NCBI GenBank assembly: GCA_009704505.1
Contig: WLEB01000001.1
Location: 7,129-71,128 of the forward strand
Direction of reading: 5' to 3'
Source of the DNA: Actinomycetota bacterium
GTDB taxonomy: Bacteria > Actinomycetota > Actinomycetes > Nanopelagicales > Nanopelagicaceae
DNA length: 64,000 bases
A model generated the notes under the pieces. It did no database searches. It was not told the origin of the DNA and worked only from the letters and a program-made list of their open reading frames with translations. Both the position numbers and the translations under genes were made by a program. Positions 9,014 to 18,950 of this stretch are shown one piece after another. Numbering within the stretch: position 1 is the first letter of the stretch; each line of letters starts with the position of its first letter.

Positions 9014-9463
9014 ATGGTTGCCGAAGCGCCAAAAAGCGAGTTAACAACGACCCTTCATCTCAATCTTCGAGAGGTCAGCAATTCCCCTGCTAACAAGCTC
9101 GAAGAAATCATTGCCGGCTTACCTGAACAAGATCGTGAAGTGATCGCTGCAATTCAAGGTTCCAATTCAGAAAAATCGATGGTCATTATTGCTAGAGGGC
9201 CGAACAAGGGCTCACGTTTTCTCATCACATCAGAAGGCGCAAGTGTCGGCAGATCCAGTGAAAGCGATATCTTTCTAGACGATATAACAGTCTCACGTGT
9301 TCATGCCAAGATCTCTAAAGTCGGCGGTTCATTTGTGCTCAAAGATGCAGGATCACTGAATGGCACGTATTTCGACAATGCTGCGATTTCAGAACGCATC
9401 CTCAGTTCAGGCGATGAGTTCCAAATTGGCAAGTTTCATCTTTTGTTTATCGGTAGTAAGTAG
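9014..9463 (+). CDS. garA: FHA-domain protein, GarA/OdhI-like
   Basis: GR..ESDIFLDDITVSR.HA, D.GSLNGTY; syntenic between gcvH and MerR gene. Confidence 0.8.
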   Translation: MVAEAPKSELTTTLHLNLREVSNSPANKLEEIIAGLPEQDREVIAAIQGSNSEKSMVIIARGPNKGSRFLITSEGASVGRSSESDIFLDDITVSRVHAKISKVGGSFVLKDAGSLNGTYFDNAAISERILSSGDEFQIGKFHLLFIGSK

Positions 9464-9523
9464 TTTAGTTAAGAGCTTTTAGTAAAGAATTTTTCGTTGT
9501 AATCAAGTTATAGGGGAGTGGAT

Positions 9524-10246
9524 ATGGCAGTACCAGCGCGGGCTTACTTAAGCATCGGTGAAGTTCTAAACCGGTTGCGAAGTGATTTTTCGGACATCAC
9601 AATTTCAAAGATTCGTTTTCTGGAATCTGAAGGGTTGATAGAGCCTCAGAGAACTCCTTCCGGATACCGAAAGTTCACAACCTCCGACCTAGATCGTCTG
9701 CGCTATGTACTTTTGGCGCAAAGAGATCAATATCTTCCTTTGAAGGTGATTAAGGACAACCTTGATGCAATAGATCGAGGTCTACAACCGGCCCAAGTTG
9801 GAGCTGTAGCCACCCCGCGTCCCACAATCACTGTTGCAACTATTGATGGAGAAATGGCTCCGAGCTCATTTGGTGAAGTAAGCGAGATGCGGTTGTCTCG
9901 CGATGAATTGTTGAAAAATAGCGGTCTTAAAGAGGATCAGCTAGTGGAGTTAGAAGGATATGGATTGATCGCACCTCGAGGTCGTCACTACGACGGAGAT
10001 GCATTATCTGTCGCAAAAGCCGTCACCGAAATGGGTGGTTTCGGTATCGAGCCTAGACACCTTCGTTCATTTAAATCTGCCGCAGATCGCGAGATCGGAT
10101 TGATTGAGCAAGTCATTACTCCTCTTACGCGACAGAAGAATTCAGAGTCCAAGGCTCGCGCCCAAGAGGTGCAGAAAGAGATTGCATCACTTTCGATTCG
10201 TCTACATGCAGCACTTGTGCGCGGCGGCCTCAACAGAGTTCGCTAA
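9524..10246 (+). CDS. ftsR: MerR-family regulator, FtsR/Rv1828-like
   Basis: LSIGEV...ISKIRFLESEGLIEP.RT.SGYR; C-terminal GIEPRHLR.FK.AADRE; synteny. Confidence 0.75.
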   Translation: MAVPARAYLSIGEVLNRLRSDFSDITISKIRFLESEGLIEPQRTPSGYRKFTTSDLDRLRYVLLAQRDQYLPLKVIKDNLDAIDRGLQPAQVGAVATPRPTITVATIDGEMAPSSFGEVSEMRLSRDELLKNSGLKEDQLVELEGYGLIAPRGRHYDGDALSVAKAVTEMGGFGIEPRHLRSFKSAADREIGLIEQVITPLTRQKNSESKARAQEVQKEIASLSIRLHAALVRGGLNRVR

Positions 10247-10257
10247 TTAGCGATTCG

Positions 10258-10743
10258 ATGTTAATACCCATGGAGGTCGTTGGCGTTCGAGTTGAGATGC
10301 CATCTAATCAACCCATAGTTCTTCTCAAAGAGATTAACGGCTCGAGGTTTTTGCCGATTTGGGTTGGAACGGGAGAGGCGACAGCTATTGCATTTGCTCA
10401 GCAGGGTCTAGAACCACCTAGACCGTTGACTCACGATTTATTGGCTAACGTTGTTGATTTACTGGAAGCCACGGTCACAGCCGTTCATCTGACAGATTTA
10501 ATTGATGGAGTCTTTCAAGCCAACTTGCTGATCAGAGATAGTTCATCGCAAGCTCTGACCTTAGATGCCAGACCTTCAGATGCCATCGCACTTGCGATTA
10601 GGACTCACAGCAACATTTTGGCCTCTGCTGACCTTCTCAATAAAGCGGGTATCGAGATGCCGGCCGGGGATGGGACTAATCAGGAGGTCGAAAAGTTCAG
10701 GGAGTTCCTGGACCAGATCAACCCCGAAGACTTCATCGGCTAG
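10258..10743 (+). CDS. Bifunctional nuclease family protein (DUF151, Rv1829-like)
   Basis: PIVLLKE, LPIWVG..EA.AI, RPLTHDL, DARPSDAIALA. Confidence 0.88.
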   Translation: MLIPMEVVGVRVEMPSNQPIVLLKEINGSRFLPIWVGTGEATAIAFAQQGLEPPRPLTHDLLANVVDLLEATVTAVHLTDLIDGVFQANLLIRDSSSQALTLDARPSDAIALAIRTHSNILASADLLNKAGIEMPAGDGTNQEVEKFREFLDQINPEDFIG

Positions 10744-10784
10744 AAAGCCTAGACCTCTACTAGAGGGTTGGACCGTGTCGGTCG

Positions 10785-10813
10785 TTGTATCTAGGCAGAG
10801 TTGCCCGTACCTT
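10785..10813 (+). promoter_or_regulatory. SigA-type promoter of second MerR gene
   Basis: TTGTAT (10785-10790), 17 nt, TACCTT (10808-10813). Confidence 0.5.
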
Positions 10814-10844
10814 TAAGCATTCCCCAAGAGAATCGAGAACTCCC

Positions 10845-11345
10845 GTGTCCCCACAGGATTTAGAGATCGGCTACCGAGGCGCTACTGCCTGTTCTGCGGC
10901 AGGTATTTCGTATCGACAATTAGATTATTGGGCGAGAACTGGATTAGTTGAGCCGAGTATTCGTACTGCAAGTGGCTCTGGAACGCAGCGTCTATACGGT
11001 TTTAGGGACATCTTGGTTTTAAAGATTGTAAAACGGTTATTGGATGCTGGAGTTTCACTTCAGAACATTCGTACTGCCGTCGATCACCTTCGCAATAGCG
11101 GTGTTGTTGAGTTGGAGCGAATTACGCTGATGAGTGACGGTGCATCGATTTATGAATGCACAAATTCCGATGAAATCATCGACTTACTACAGGGCGGTCA
11201 GGGAGTATTCGGTATCGCCGTCGGCAAAGTCTGGCATGAAGTTGAAGGCTCTCTATCTGTCCTTCAGGGTGAGATAGCTGGACAGTTTGTGAGTGGTGAG
11301 AATAACGACGAACTCTCAATGCGTCGAAAGAGCAAAGGGGCTTAA
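10845..11345 (+). CDS. MerR-family regulator, Rv1830-like
   Basis: GYRG..AC.AAGISYRQLDYWARTGLV.PS...GSG.QRLY; GTG 10845 preferred start. Confidence 0.85.
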   Translation: MSPQDLEIGYRGATACSAAGISYRQLDYWARTGLVEPSIRTASGSGTQRLYGFRDILVLKIVKRLLDAGVSLQNIRTAVDHLRNSGVVELERITLMSDGASIYECTNSDEIIDLLQGGQGVFGIAVGKVWHEVEGSLSVLQGEIAGQFVSGENNDELSMRRKSKGA

Positions 11346-11406
11346 GGGCCAATACTCTTGCGCCCATAGCCCAACTAGGGGCTGGTGATTTAGGGCGAGG
11401 TGATCT

Positions 11407-14289
11407 GTGTCGAATTACGATGCATTTGCACACCGCCACATAGGACCAAATGACGTTCAAGCTTCAACAATGCTCATGGAGCTTGGATATTCAACTCTAC
11501 AAGATTTCATATCCGATGTCGTACCACAGAATATTTTTATAAGTGAAAAACTAGAAAGCGCGCTACCTGAGCCTCTTTCTGAATTTGAAACAATTTCCGC
11601 GCTGAGAGATCTTGCTTCCAGAAATAAAGTTTTCACATCACTTATTGGAAGTGGTTACTACAACACGATCACGCCACCTGTGGTTCTGCGCAATGTTTTG
11701 GAAAATCCCGCCTGGTACACGGCATACACTCCTTACCAACCCGAGATTTCACAAGGGCGTCTTGAAGCTTTGTTTGCTTTTCAGAGCGCAGTCTGTGAAC
11801 TGACAGCGCTGCAAACTGCCAACGCTTCAATGTTGGATGAATCAACGGCTGCAGCCGAGGCGATGACTCTTGCGAAACGAGTACATAAGGGCAGTGATGC
11901 AGCTGTATTTCTAATAGATGAAAAGGTGCATCCACAAACGATTGCAGTTGTTTCTACACGTGCAAAACCATTGGGCATTACAGTCAAAATTGTGAATGTG
12001 TCTGGAATAAAGAATGGGCTGGAATCACTATCTGAAGGAGCAGAAGTATTTGGAGTATTAGTTCAGTATCCAGATTCTTCAGGTGAGATTCGTGACTACT
12101 CCGATCTAGCCCAAATTGCACACAGTAGCGATGCTTTAGTGATTGCTGCCGTTGATCTGCTTGCGCTAACTGTGCTTAAGGCGCCAGGGGAGTGGGGCGC
12201 TGACATTGCAGTTGGTTCAGCGCAACGTTTTGGTGTTCCTATGGGATTTGGGGGTCCACATGCAGGATTCCTCTGTGTTCGGGCGGGTTTAGAAAGATCT
12301 ATTCCTGGCAGATTAGTTGGACAAAGTATCGATGCCCACGGCAATCCAGCATTTCGTTTGGCTCTACAAACTCGAGAGCAACACATTAGACGAGATAAAG
12401 CCACTAGCAATATTTGTACGGCGCAGGTTTTATTAGCTGTCATTAGTGCGTTTTATGCGATGTGGCACGGGCCCGTTGGGCTAAAAACGATTGCTAACAG
12501 AATCAACGCCCAGACTGCAGGTTTAGTTGATTCGCTCAAATCAGCTGGGTATAGAGTCGTTACGCAGAATTTTTTCGACACAATTATCGTTGAAGTAAAA
12601 AATGCTGAGGCAATTCACAATAAAGCTCGGGAATTGATGCTTAATCTGCGGCATATAGATTCCAATCATGTTGGAATATCACTTGATGAAACAACCAACC
12701 AAAGCGTACTGGGGCATTTAGAAACGATTTTTGGTTTGAAATCGATCTTTGTTTCTGATGCCGTTTTGCCTAAATCACTAGTGAGAACATCGACCTATCT
12801 TCAACATCCCGTCTTTAATACCCATCGATCAGAAACTTCAATGCTGCGATACATTCGAACACTTTCTGATCGCGATTTAGCACTAGATAGAACAATGATT
12901 CCTTTAGGAAGTTGCACAATGAAGTTGAATGCAACAACTGAAATGGAATCTATCACCTGGAATGAATTCTCATCTATCCATCCTTTTTCGCCAACAGATC
13001 AAAGCGTTGGATACAGGGAATTGATAGAACAACTATCGACATGGTTAATTGCAATAACTGGATATGACGCTGTTAGTCTTCAACCTAATGCAGGTAGTCA
13101 AGGCGAATTTGCTGGTCTTCTTGCAATTAGGAATTATCATGATTCACGTGGGGACCAACATCGAACAATCTGTCTGATTCCATCAAGTGCTCATGGAACG
13201 AACGCGGCTAGTGCTGTTATGGCCGGGATGAAAGTAGTCGTTATTGATTGTGATGAACAGGGAAATGTAAGTGTGAGTGATTTAGAGAAGAAAATTGCTG
13301 AGCATGCAAACAATTTAGCTGCGATTATGGTCACCTATCCATCTACGCATGGTGTTTTTGAATCGGCGATTACGCAGATTTGTGAAATGGTTCATAACGC
13401 TGGGGGACAGGTCTATGTTGACGGCGCTAATTTAAACGCTCTCGTTGGGTTATCTCAACCGGGCAAATTCGGCGCAGATGTATCACATTTGAATTTACAC
13501 AAAACTTTTTGCATTCCTCACGGAGGTGGAGGTCCTGGTGTTGGTCCAGTAATTTCCAAAGCACATCTTGCGCCTTTTCTTCCCAATCATCCTTTAGATC
13601 AGAGTGCAGGTCCCAAGTCTGGACCGGGACCAGTAAGCGGTGCTCCTTTTGGCTCTGCAAATATTTTGCCTATTTCTTGGGCCTACATACGAATGATGGG
13701 AGCTGAGGGTTTAACACGCGCAACATCGATTGCGATTTTGTCAGCAAACTACATGGCAACAAAGCTAGATCCATATTTTCCGGTTTTGTATACAGGGGAG
13801 AAGGGGCGAGTTGCACACGAATGCATTCTTGATCTTCGTGAGATCACAAAAATAAGCGGTGTAACTGTCGATGATGTTGCAAAACGCCTGATGGATTATG
13901 GTTTTCATGCTCCAACTATGAGTTTTCCTGTTCCTGGAACTTTGATGATTGAACCAACCGAGAGTGAAGACTTAGCCGAGATAGATCGCTTCATTGCAGC
14001 GATGATCGCGATCCATGGAGAAATTCAGGAGATACTAGATGGGACTATTGCCGTTGAAGATTCTGCTCTACGCCATGCTCCACATACGGTTGAATCAGTA
14101 ATTTCGACCAATTGGGATCGGATGTATTCACGTGAAGCTGGAGCGTTGCCGGAAAAACGCGATGGATTGATCGCCGGTGAAATAATTGGCCTAAAGGGTA
14201 AGTACTGGCCGTCAGTAGGGCGTATAGATGGCGCCTATGGGGATAGGAACCTTGTGTGTTCCTGCATCCCGATCTCTGAGTATTCTTAG
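11407..14289 (+). CDS. gcvP: Glycine dehydrogenase (decarboxylating), P protein
   Basis: [39 protein letters not shown] lysine [18 protein letters not shown]. Confidence 0.97.
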   Translation: MSNYDAFAHRHIGPNDVQASTMLMELGYSTLQDFISDVVPQNIFISEKLESALPEPLSEFETISALRDLASRNKVFTSLIGSGYYNTITPPVVLRNVLENPAWYTAYTPYQPEISQGRLEALFAFQSAVCELTALQTANASMLDESTAAAEAMTLAKRVHKGSDAAVFLIDEKVHPQTIAVVSTRAKPLGITVKIVNVSGIKNGLESLSEGAEVFGVLVQYPDSSGEIRDYSDLAQIAHSSDALVIAAVDLLALTVLKAPGEWGADIAVGSAQRFGVPMGFGGPHAGFLCVRAGLERSIPGRLVGQSIDAHGNPAFRLALQTREQHIRRDKATSNICTAQVLLAVISAFYAMWHGPVGLKTIANRINAQTAGLVDSLKSAGYRVVTQNFFDTIIVEVKNAEAIHNKARELMLNLRHIDSNHVGISLDETTNQSVLGHLETIFGLKSIFVSDAVLPKSLVRTSTYLQHPVFNTHRSETSMLRYIRTLSDRDLALDRTMIPLGSCTMKLNATTEMESITWNEFSSIHPFSPTDQSVGYRELIEQLSTWLIAITGYDAVSLQPNAGSQGEFAGLLAIRNYHDSRGDQHRTICLIPSSAHGTNAASAVMAGMKVVVIDCDEQGNVSVSDLEKKIAEHANNLAAIMVTYPSTHGVFESAITQICEMVHNAGGQVYVDGANLNALVGLSQPGKFGADVSHLNLHKTFCIPHGGGGPGVGPVISKAHLAPFLPNHPLDQSAGPKSGPGPVSGAPFGSANILPISWAYIRMMGAEGLTRATSIAILSANYMATKLDPYFPVLYTGEKGRVAHECILDLREITKISGVTVDDVAKRLMDYGFHAPTMSFPVPGTLMIEPTESEDLAEIDRFIAAMIAIHGEIQEILDGTIAVEDSALRHAPHTVESVISTNWDRMYSREAGALPEKRDGLIAGEIIGLKGKYWPSVGRIDGAYGDRNLVCSCIPISEYS

Positions 14290-14316
14290 GTTTACATAAT
14301 GTAACTTATCGGCATT
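14289..14316 (-). other. dif: dif chromosome dimer resolution site (XerC/XerD)
   Basis: Minus strand AATGCCGATAA-GTTACA-TTATGTAAACC has the 11-6-11 dif layout; sits at the gene-orientation switch. Confidence 0.9.
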
Positions 14317-15682
14317 ATCTATACGCTCGTCTAGAGGTTAAGAACAGCACGAAAAAGGTTCCTACGAGGGCCCATGTACCGAACTTATCCCTAGGTGTTT
14401 TGCCCTCCATCAATTCAACGTCGGTTCGTATGGATTCGGCCGTTCCCATTGAGGTTTTTTGCAAAACTTTTCCTTTGTGATCAATCACCGCTGAATAACC
14501 AGTTGTAGAAACCGAAACAATATTTCGTCCATGTTCTATAGCTCTGACCCTGGTGATTGATAACTGTTGGGCACTTTCTGCCGACATTCCAAAGGTAGCG
14601 CTGTTGGTTTGGACTGCCAAAAGGTTGGACTGTTTTGCCGCGTTATGAAGAATTCCATCGTCTATCAGCTCAAAGCAAATTACTGGGGCTATTACTGCAT
14701 TATTGATAGTAAAGGTACTGTTTGATCCATCTCCTGGTTCAAAATCTTTAACCCGGTCAACCAAAGGCGAAACAACTCTTGCTAATGATCGAAGAGGAAC
14801 ATACTCTCCGAATGGTGTCAGATGTTGTTTTATATACACCTGAGGCTTGTTTTCATCCCATAAAATTGAAGTATTAAGTAGTTTCTCACCCTTTCCCAGA
14901 ACCGCGCCAATAATTAAAGGCTTCTCAATACCATTTAGGCCCTTGGAAACATCATTATTAGTAAATGGGTCTACATCGACAGAGTTTTCTGGCCAAAGGA
15001 TAAAATCGACTTTGTTATCTTTTTTTAATTCCCTTTGAGTTAAGTCTAAATGATTATAAAAAACAGCTTTTGCTCGGGAATTAAAATCAAGTCCATATTC
15101 CGGAACATTTCCTTGGATCATTAGTACTGAACTTGTACCAATAACCTGCAACTGAACGGGAACAAAAAGAAATAACAATGGAATTAGCGGTATGTAAGAC
15201 ATATTTCTTTGAATGATAAAAAAGAGAAATAAGGAAATCAGCAACACAAGCGCCGATAAAGCCGCAGATCCCCCTACCGCGGCGATTTGAGAATAAATCG
15301 CATCTGGTTGACTATAGGCAAGGCGCAACCATCCAAATCCCCCGAAAGGAAAATAGTTTCTAATCTCTTCCATGAGGAAGAAAATCAACGGGTAGGTGGG
15401 CATTCCCCAGCGAGAAACTAAAGCTAAAGGCAGATAGAAAAGCGACAATCCCAGCGCAAGAATTATCCAAGGTAGCGAACCAACAAATGTGCTGCTCCAA
15501 TGTAGGGCTATTGCATTAAAGGTAAATGCAAAAACTAAAACGGAGAGTAATTTTCGGGTGCTTTTGTTGAGTGCATACATGTGCACGGCAATTGCTATTG
15601 GGGCTATCCACCACTTCCCCACTGGTTCATAGGCAAAAGAAAGAAAGAGCCCAGAAAACGCCGATAAAACTATTCCTACCAA
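14315..15682 (-). CDS. lnt: Apolipoprotein N-acyltransferase
   Basis: TM N-terminus, FPFGGFGW, QGN, WPENS, KQHLTPFGEYVP, ICFE, RAIE.GR. Confidence 0.93.
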   Translation of the reverse strand: MVGIVLSAFSGLFLSFAYEPVGKWWIAPIAIAVHMYALNKSTRKLLSVLVFAFTFNAIALHWSSTFVGSLPWIILALGLSLFYLPLALVSRWGMPTYPLIFFLMEEIRNYFPFGGFGWLRLAYSQPDAIYSQIAAVGGSAALSALVLLISLFLFFIIQRNMSYIPLIPLLFLFVPVQLQVIGTSSVLMIQGNVPEYGLDFNSRAKAVFYNHLDLTQRELKKDNKVDFILWPENSVDVDPFTNNDVSKGLNGIEKPLIIGAVLGKGEKLLNTSILWDENKPQVYIKQHLTPFGEYVPLRSLARVVSPLVDRVKDFEPGDGSNSTFTINNAVIAPVICFELIDDGILHNAAKQSNLLAVQTNSATFGMSAESAQQLSITRVRAIEHGRNIVSVSTTGYSAVIDHKGKVLQKTSMGTAESIRTDVELMEGKTPRDKFGTWALVGTFFVLFLTSRRAYR

Positions 15683-16578
15683 CCTAACGCACTGATCAAA
15701 CGATCCACGCTAGCACCCAGGCCATAGCGCTCCTTAAACTGGTAAATCGGTGAAAGATCCGACGGTGGTTGAGGAATCCCCAGTTCTATTTTGGGTAAAG
15801 GCACGTTTCTAGCGACTCTGACCAAAGTTGGTGCGATTTTTAGATAATCTTCGCCGGCAATTATTTTCTTGGCTAACGCTGGAGCTAATGCTTCGTGAGC
15901 ATTGTGTGCACCTTCTAGTGCAGCCTCAACACTGGCAAATGTATTGGCAATGATAGCCGCACCTTTTTCACCAATTCCTTTGACTCCGGGCAGTCCATCC
16001 GATGGGTCACCTCTAAACATTGCAAAAAGATCGTAGCGATCACCAGGGATAGAGTATTTGTTTGCTACATATGCGATATCAACCAAGTCATGTTGTGAAA
16101 TGCCTTTAGCTAAGTACACAACTTTAATATCTTTCTTATCATCGACTACTTGAAAAAGGTCCCTATCTCCAGTAACAATTCGAGTCGGACCCTTTTCTTT
16201 GTGTGCATATGTAGCCATAACATCATCTGCTTCATAGTCATCTACACCTACAACTGGTATCCCAAAAAGATCTAGAAGATCTAGAAGAATAGGAATTTGC
16301 GGAGTTAAAGTTTCGGGTTCTTCCTCCGAATCTCCATCTTCTTCAATTCGGTTAGCTTTGTATTCAGGGAAGATATCCACTCGCCAACTCGGCCGCCAAT
16401 CTCCGTCCAGGCATGCAACTAATCGATTCGGTTTATATGCTTGTACTAACCGCGCAGTCATATCTAGATAGCCACGCACCGCATTTATCGAGACTCCATC
16501 TGGAGATAGCAAAGTATCGGGCATGCCGTAGTAAGCGCGATACCAAAGCGAAGCGCTATCTAAAAGCATGAGTGTCAT
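15676..16578 (-). CDS. 5'-3' exonuclease / flap endonuclease (stand-alone PolI N-domain, Rv2090-like)
   Basis: LLDSASLWYRAY, YKANR, EADDV, TGDRDL, RGDPSDGLPGVKGIGEK. Confidence 0.9.
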   Translation of the reverse strand: MTLMLLDSASLWYRAYYGMPDTLLSPDGVSINAVRGYLDMTARLVQAYKPNRLVACLDGDWRPSWRVDIFPEYKANRIEEDGDSEEEPETLTPQIPILLDLLDLFGIPVVGVDDYEADDVMATYAHKEKGPTRIVTGDRDLFQVVDDKKDIKVVYLAKGISQHDLVDIAYVANKYSIPGDRYDLFAMFRGDPSDGLPGVKGIGEKGAAIIANTFASVEAALEGAHNAHEALAPALAKKIIAGEDYLKIAPTLVRVARNVPLPKIELGIPQPPSDLSPIYQFKERYGLGASVDRLISALGW

Positions 16579-18950
16579 AACTCCCCCATCAAATATGCAA
16601 CGACCCCGCGATCAATCTTCTTTATTGCATCTTTACAAGTAGGTCGTAAATTCTCACTCGCACCAGCGATCTGATTAAGTAGATCGATGAGTTGTTTAGT
16701 TGAACGAACAAAGTCACCAACAGACATATCACTGCCTTTTAGAACATTTGCAAGGGAGTTTCCTGTTGCCCAACGGTAGGAAATAAATGCAAAGCCGGCA
16801 TCTGGCTCGCGTTGTGTTTGCACGCCAAAGTCGGCTTCAATTTTCTCCAACTCTGCCCATAAAGATAGAACCTCGGTAATCGTCGAGGTTACTTTTGCAC
16901 TTGGCATTTTGGGTGCAATATTTTCAGAAGATCTAGTTTCAAAAATCATGCATGAGACGACAGCTAATAACTCCGCACCGTTTAGATCACTCAACAAACC
17001 TCTTCGGATTGACTCGGTGAGCAATAGATCTGATTCAGCATAAATCTTTGTAAGGATCTTTCCTTGAGCCGTTGGCTTTTCTCCGTGGATGTAATCCAGA
17101 TGATCTAACACATGGCAGATCTGATCAAAGGTTTTGGCAATAACGTGGGTTCGGTTCTCAACCCTGGATGTCAATCCCTCATTTTCACGCGTTAATCTGC
17201 CAGCACGTTCTGCTAATCGAGAGTGTTCTTCACGATCGGCGCATCCGTGACTTGGATGGCTCTTCATAGCTTTTCTCAGATCAGAAAGTTCACCTTCAAG
17301 GTGACCTCGTTGTCTGTTATCAAATGTTTTTCTCTGATCACGCCTTCCCAAGAGAACTTCGACTTCCTTTATTGACCTTCTAAAACGTGCATACTCAGCA
17401 AAATCTCCAAGATGACAGGTGGCATCTTTCATCAACTCTTCAATTAATGTTTCGTTTTTACGAATCTGTCTTGTCAAGCCGACAACTGCCCTGTCGGCTT
17501 GAAACTGCGCAAAGGACGATTCAAGAGATCGTCGTGCTCGTTCTCTTCCAAATTGAGCTATTAAATTTATTGACATGTTGTATGAAGGAGAAAAGGAAGA
17601 GCGCAATGGATATGTACGCGTAGAGGCCAACCCAGCTGCAGATGCTGAATCAACTGTTGGCGACCATTGAATAACTGCGTTTCCTTCAATATCAATGCCT
17701 CGACGACCTGCTCGACCTGTCAGCTGTGTATATTCACCTGGGGTAATTGGAACATGAGCTTCACCATTGAACTTAACGAGTTTTTCTAAAACTACGGTAC
17801 GTGCGGGCATGTTTATTCCTAAAGCTAACGTCTCGGTTGCAAAGACAGCCTTGACGAGTCCACGCTGAAACAAATCTTCAACTGCGCCCTTAAAACTTGG
17901 CAGAAGACCTGCGTGATGGGCTGCAATGCCGCGCTCTAGTGCGGTGAGCCAAGCAGTAAAGCCGAGTACTTCTAGATCTTCTTCGGCAATATTTTGAGTG
18001 TATTCTAGTGCGGTCGCACGGATCTCTTCTCGCTCTTGCGGTGAGGTAAGTCTTAGACCCGCTTGCAAGCATTGCTTCACAGCCGAATCACAACCAATAC
18101 GCGAGAAAATAAAGGTAATGGCGGGCAACAAATTTTCTCGCTGAAGTTTTTCAATTATCTCTGCTCGTGAAAGGCGATCACTAGGTTCATCAAAACGCGA
18201 TCGAGGATTGCGTCCCATTGAAGAGCGTCTTATAGCCTCTCGCTCGCGTTGCAATATCTCCGGATTAACTCGTCCAGGTTGCTCAAAAAGATCCAGTAGT
18301 CGATTTCCAATTAGCACATGTTGGAACAAAGGTATGGGTCTAATTTCACTGACAATAACCTCAGTATCACCACGGATCTCCCCTAACCATTCTCCAAACT
18401 CTTCGGCATTGGAAACAGTCGCAGATAGTGAGATCACTTGTACGCTTTCCATTAGATGGATGAGCACCTCTTCCCACACAGCGCCTCGAAATTTGTCAGC
18501 CAGATAGTGAACTTCATCCATCACAACGGCACCTAGATTTGTAAGAGTGTTTGAGCCGGCATACAACATATTTCGCAGAACCTCGGTAGTCATCACCAGA
18601 ATCTCAGCCTCTGAGTTAATACTTGTATCACCCGTTAAAAGCCCGACCCGATCCTCACCAAACTTCTCGGCGAATTCAGCGTACTTCTGATTGGACAGAG
18701 CTTTTATTGGCGTTGTGTAAAAACACTTCTTCCCGGCTTTGAGAGCAGCATAGGCAGCAAATTCACCAACAACTGTTTTGCCCGCTCCGGTTGGAGCGGC
18801 GACGAGAACACCTTTTCCATCTTCAACTGCGTGGCAAGCAGCAATCTGAAATGGATCAAATTCGAAATCAAAACTCTGCACAAAAGCCGTGGTAACTGGA
18901 TGAGAACCACGTTTTTTGGCCGCAGCGTAGGCAGCAGCTGGGGTACTCAT
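16575..18950 (-). CDS. helY: Ski2-like DEVH-box RNA helicase HelY
   Basis: APTGAGKT, PIKALSNQK, DEVH, SAT, QLTGRAGRRG; start ATG 18950 overlaps upstream TGA. Confidence 0.92.
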   Translation of the reverse strand: MSTPAAAYAAAKKRGSHPVTTAFVQSFDFEFDPFQIAACHAVEDGKGVLVAAPTGAGKTVVGEFAAYAALKAGKKCFYTTPIKALSNQKYAEFAEKFGEDRVGLLTGDTSINSEAEILVMTTEVLRNMLYAGSNTLTNLGAVVMDEVHYLADKFRGAVWEEVLIHLMESVQVISLSATVSNAEEFGEWLGEIRGDTEVIVSEIRPIPLFQHVLIGNRLLDLFEQPGRVNPEILQREREAIRRSSMGRNPRSRFDEPSDRLSRAEIIEKLQRENLLPAITFIFSRIGCDSAVKQCLQAGLRLTSPQEREEIRATALEYTQNIAEEDLEVLGFTAWLTALERGIAAHHAGLLPSFKGAVEDLFQRGLVKAVFATETLALGINMPARTVVLEKLVKFNGEAHVPITPGEYTQLTGRAGRRGIDIEGNAVIQWSPTVDSASAAGLASTRTYPLRSSFSPSYNMSINLIAQFGRERARRSLESSFAQFQADRAVVGLTRQIRKNETLIEELMKDATCHLGDFAEYARFRRSIKEVEVLLGRRDQRKTFDNRQRGHLEGELSDLRKAMKSHPSHGCADREEHSRLAERAGRLTRENEGLTSRVENRTHVIAKTFDQICHVLDHLDYIHGEKPTAQGKILTKIYAESDLLLTESIRRGLLSDLNGAELLAVVSCMIFETRSSENIAPKMPSAKVTSTITEVLSLWAELEKIEADFGVQTQREPDAGFAFISYRWATGNSLANVLKGSDMSVGDFVRSTKQLIDLLNQIAGASENLRPTCKDAIKKIDRGVVAYLMGEL

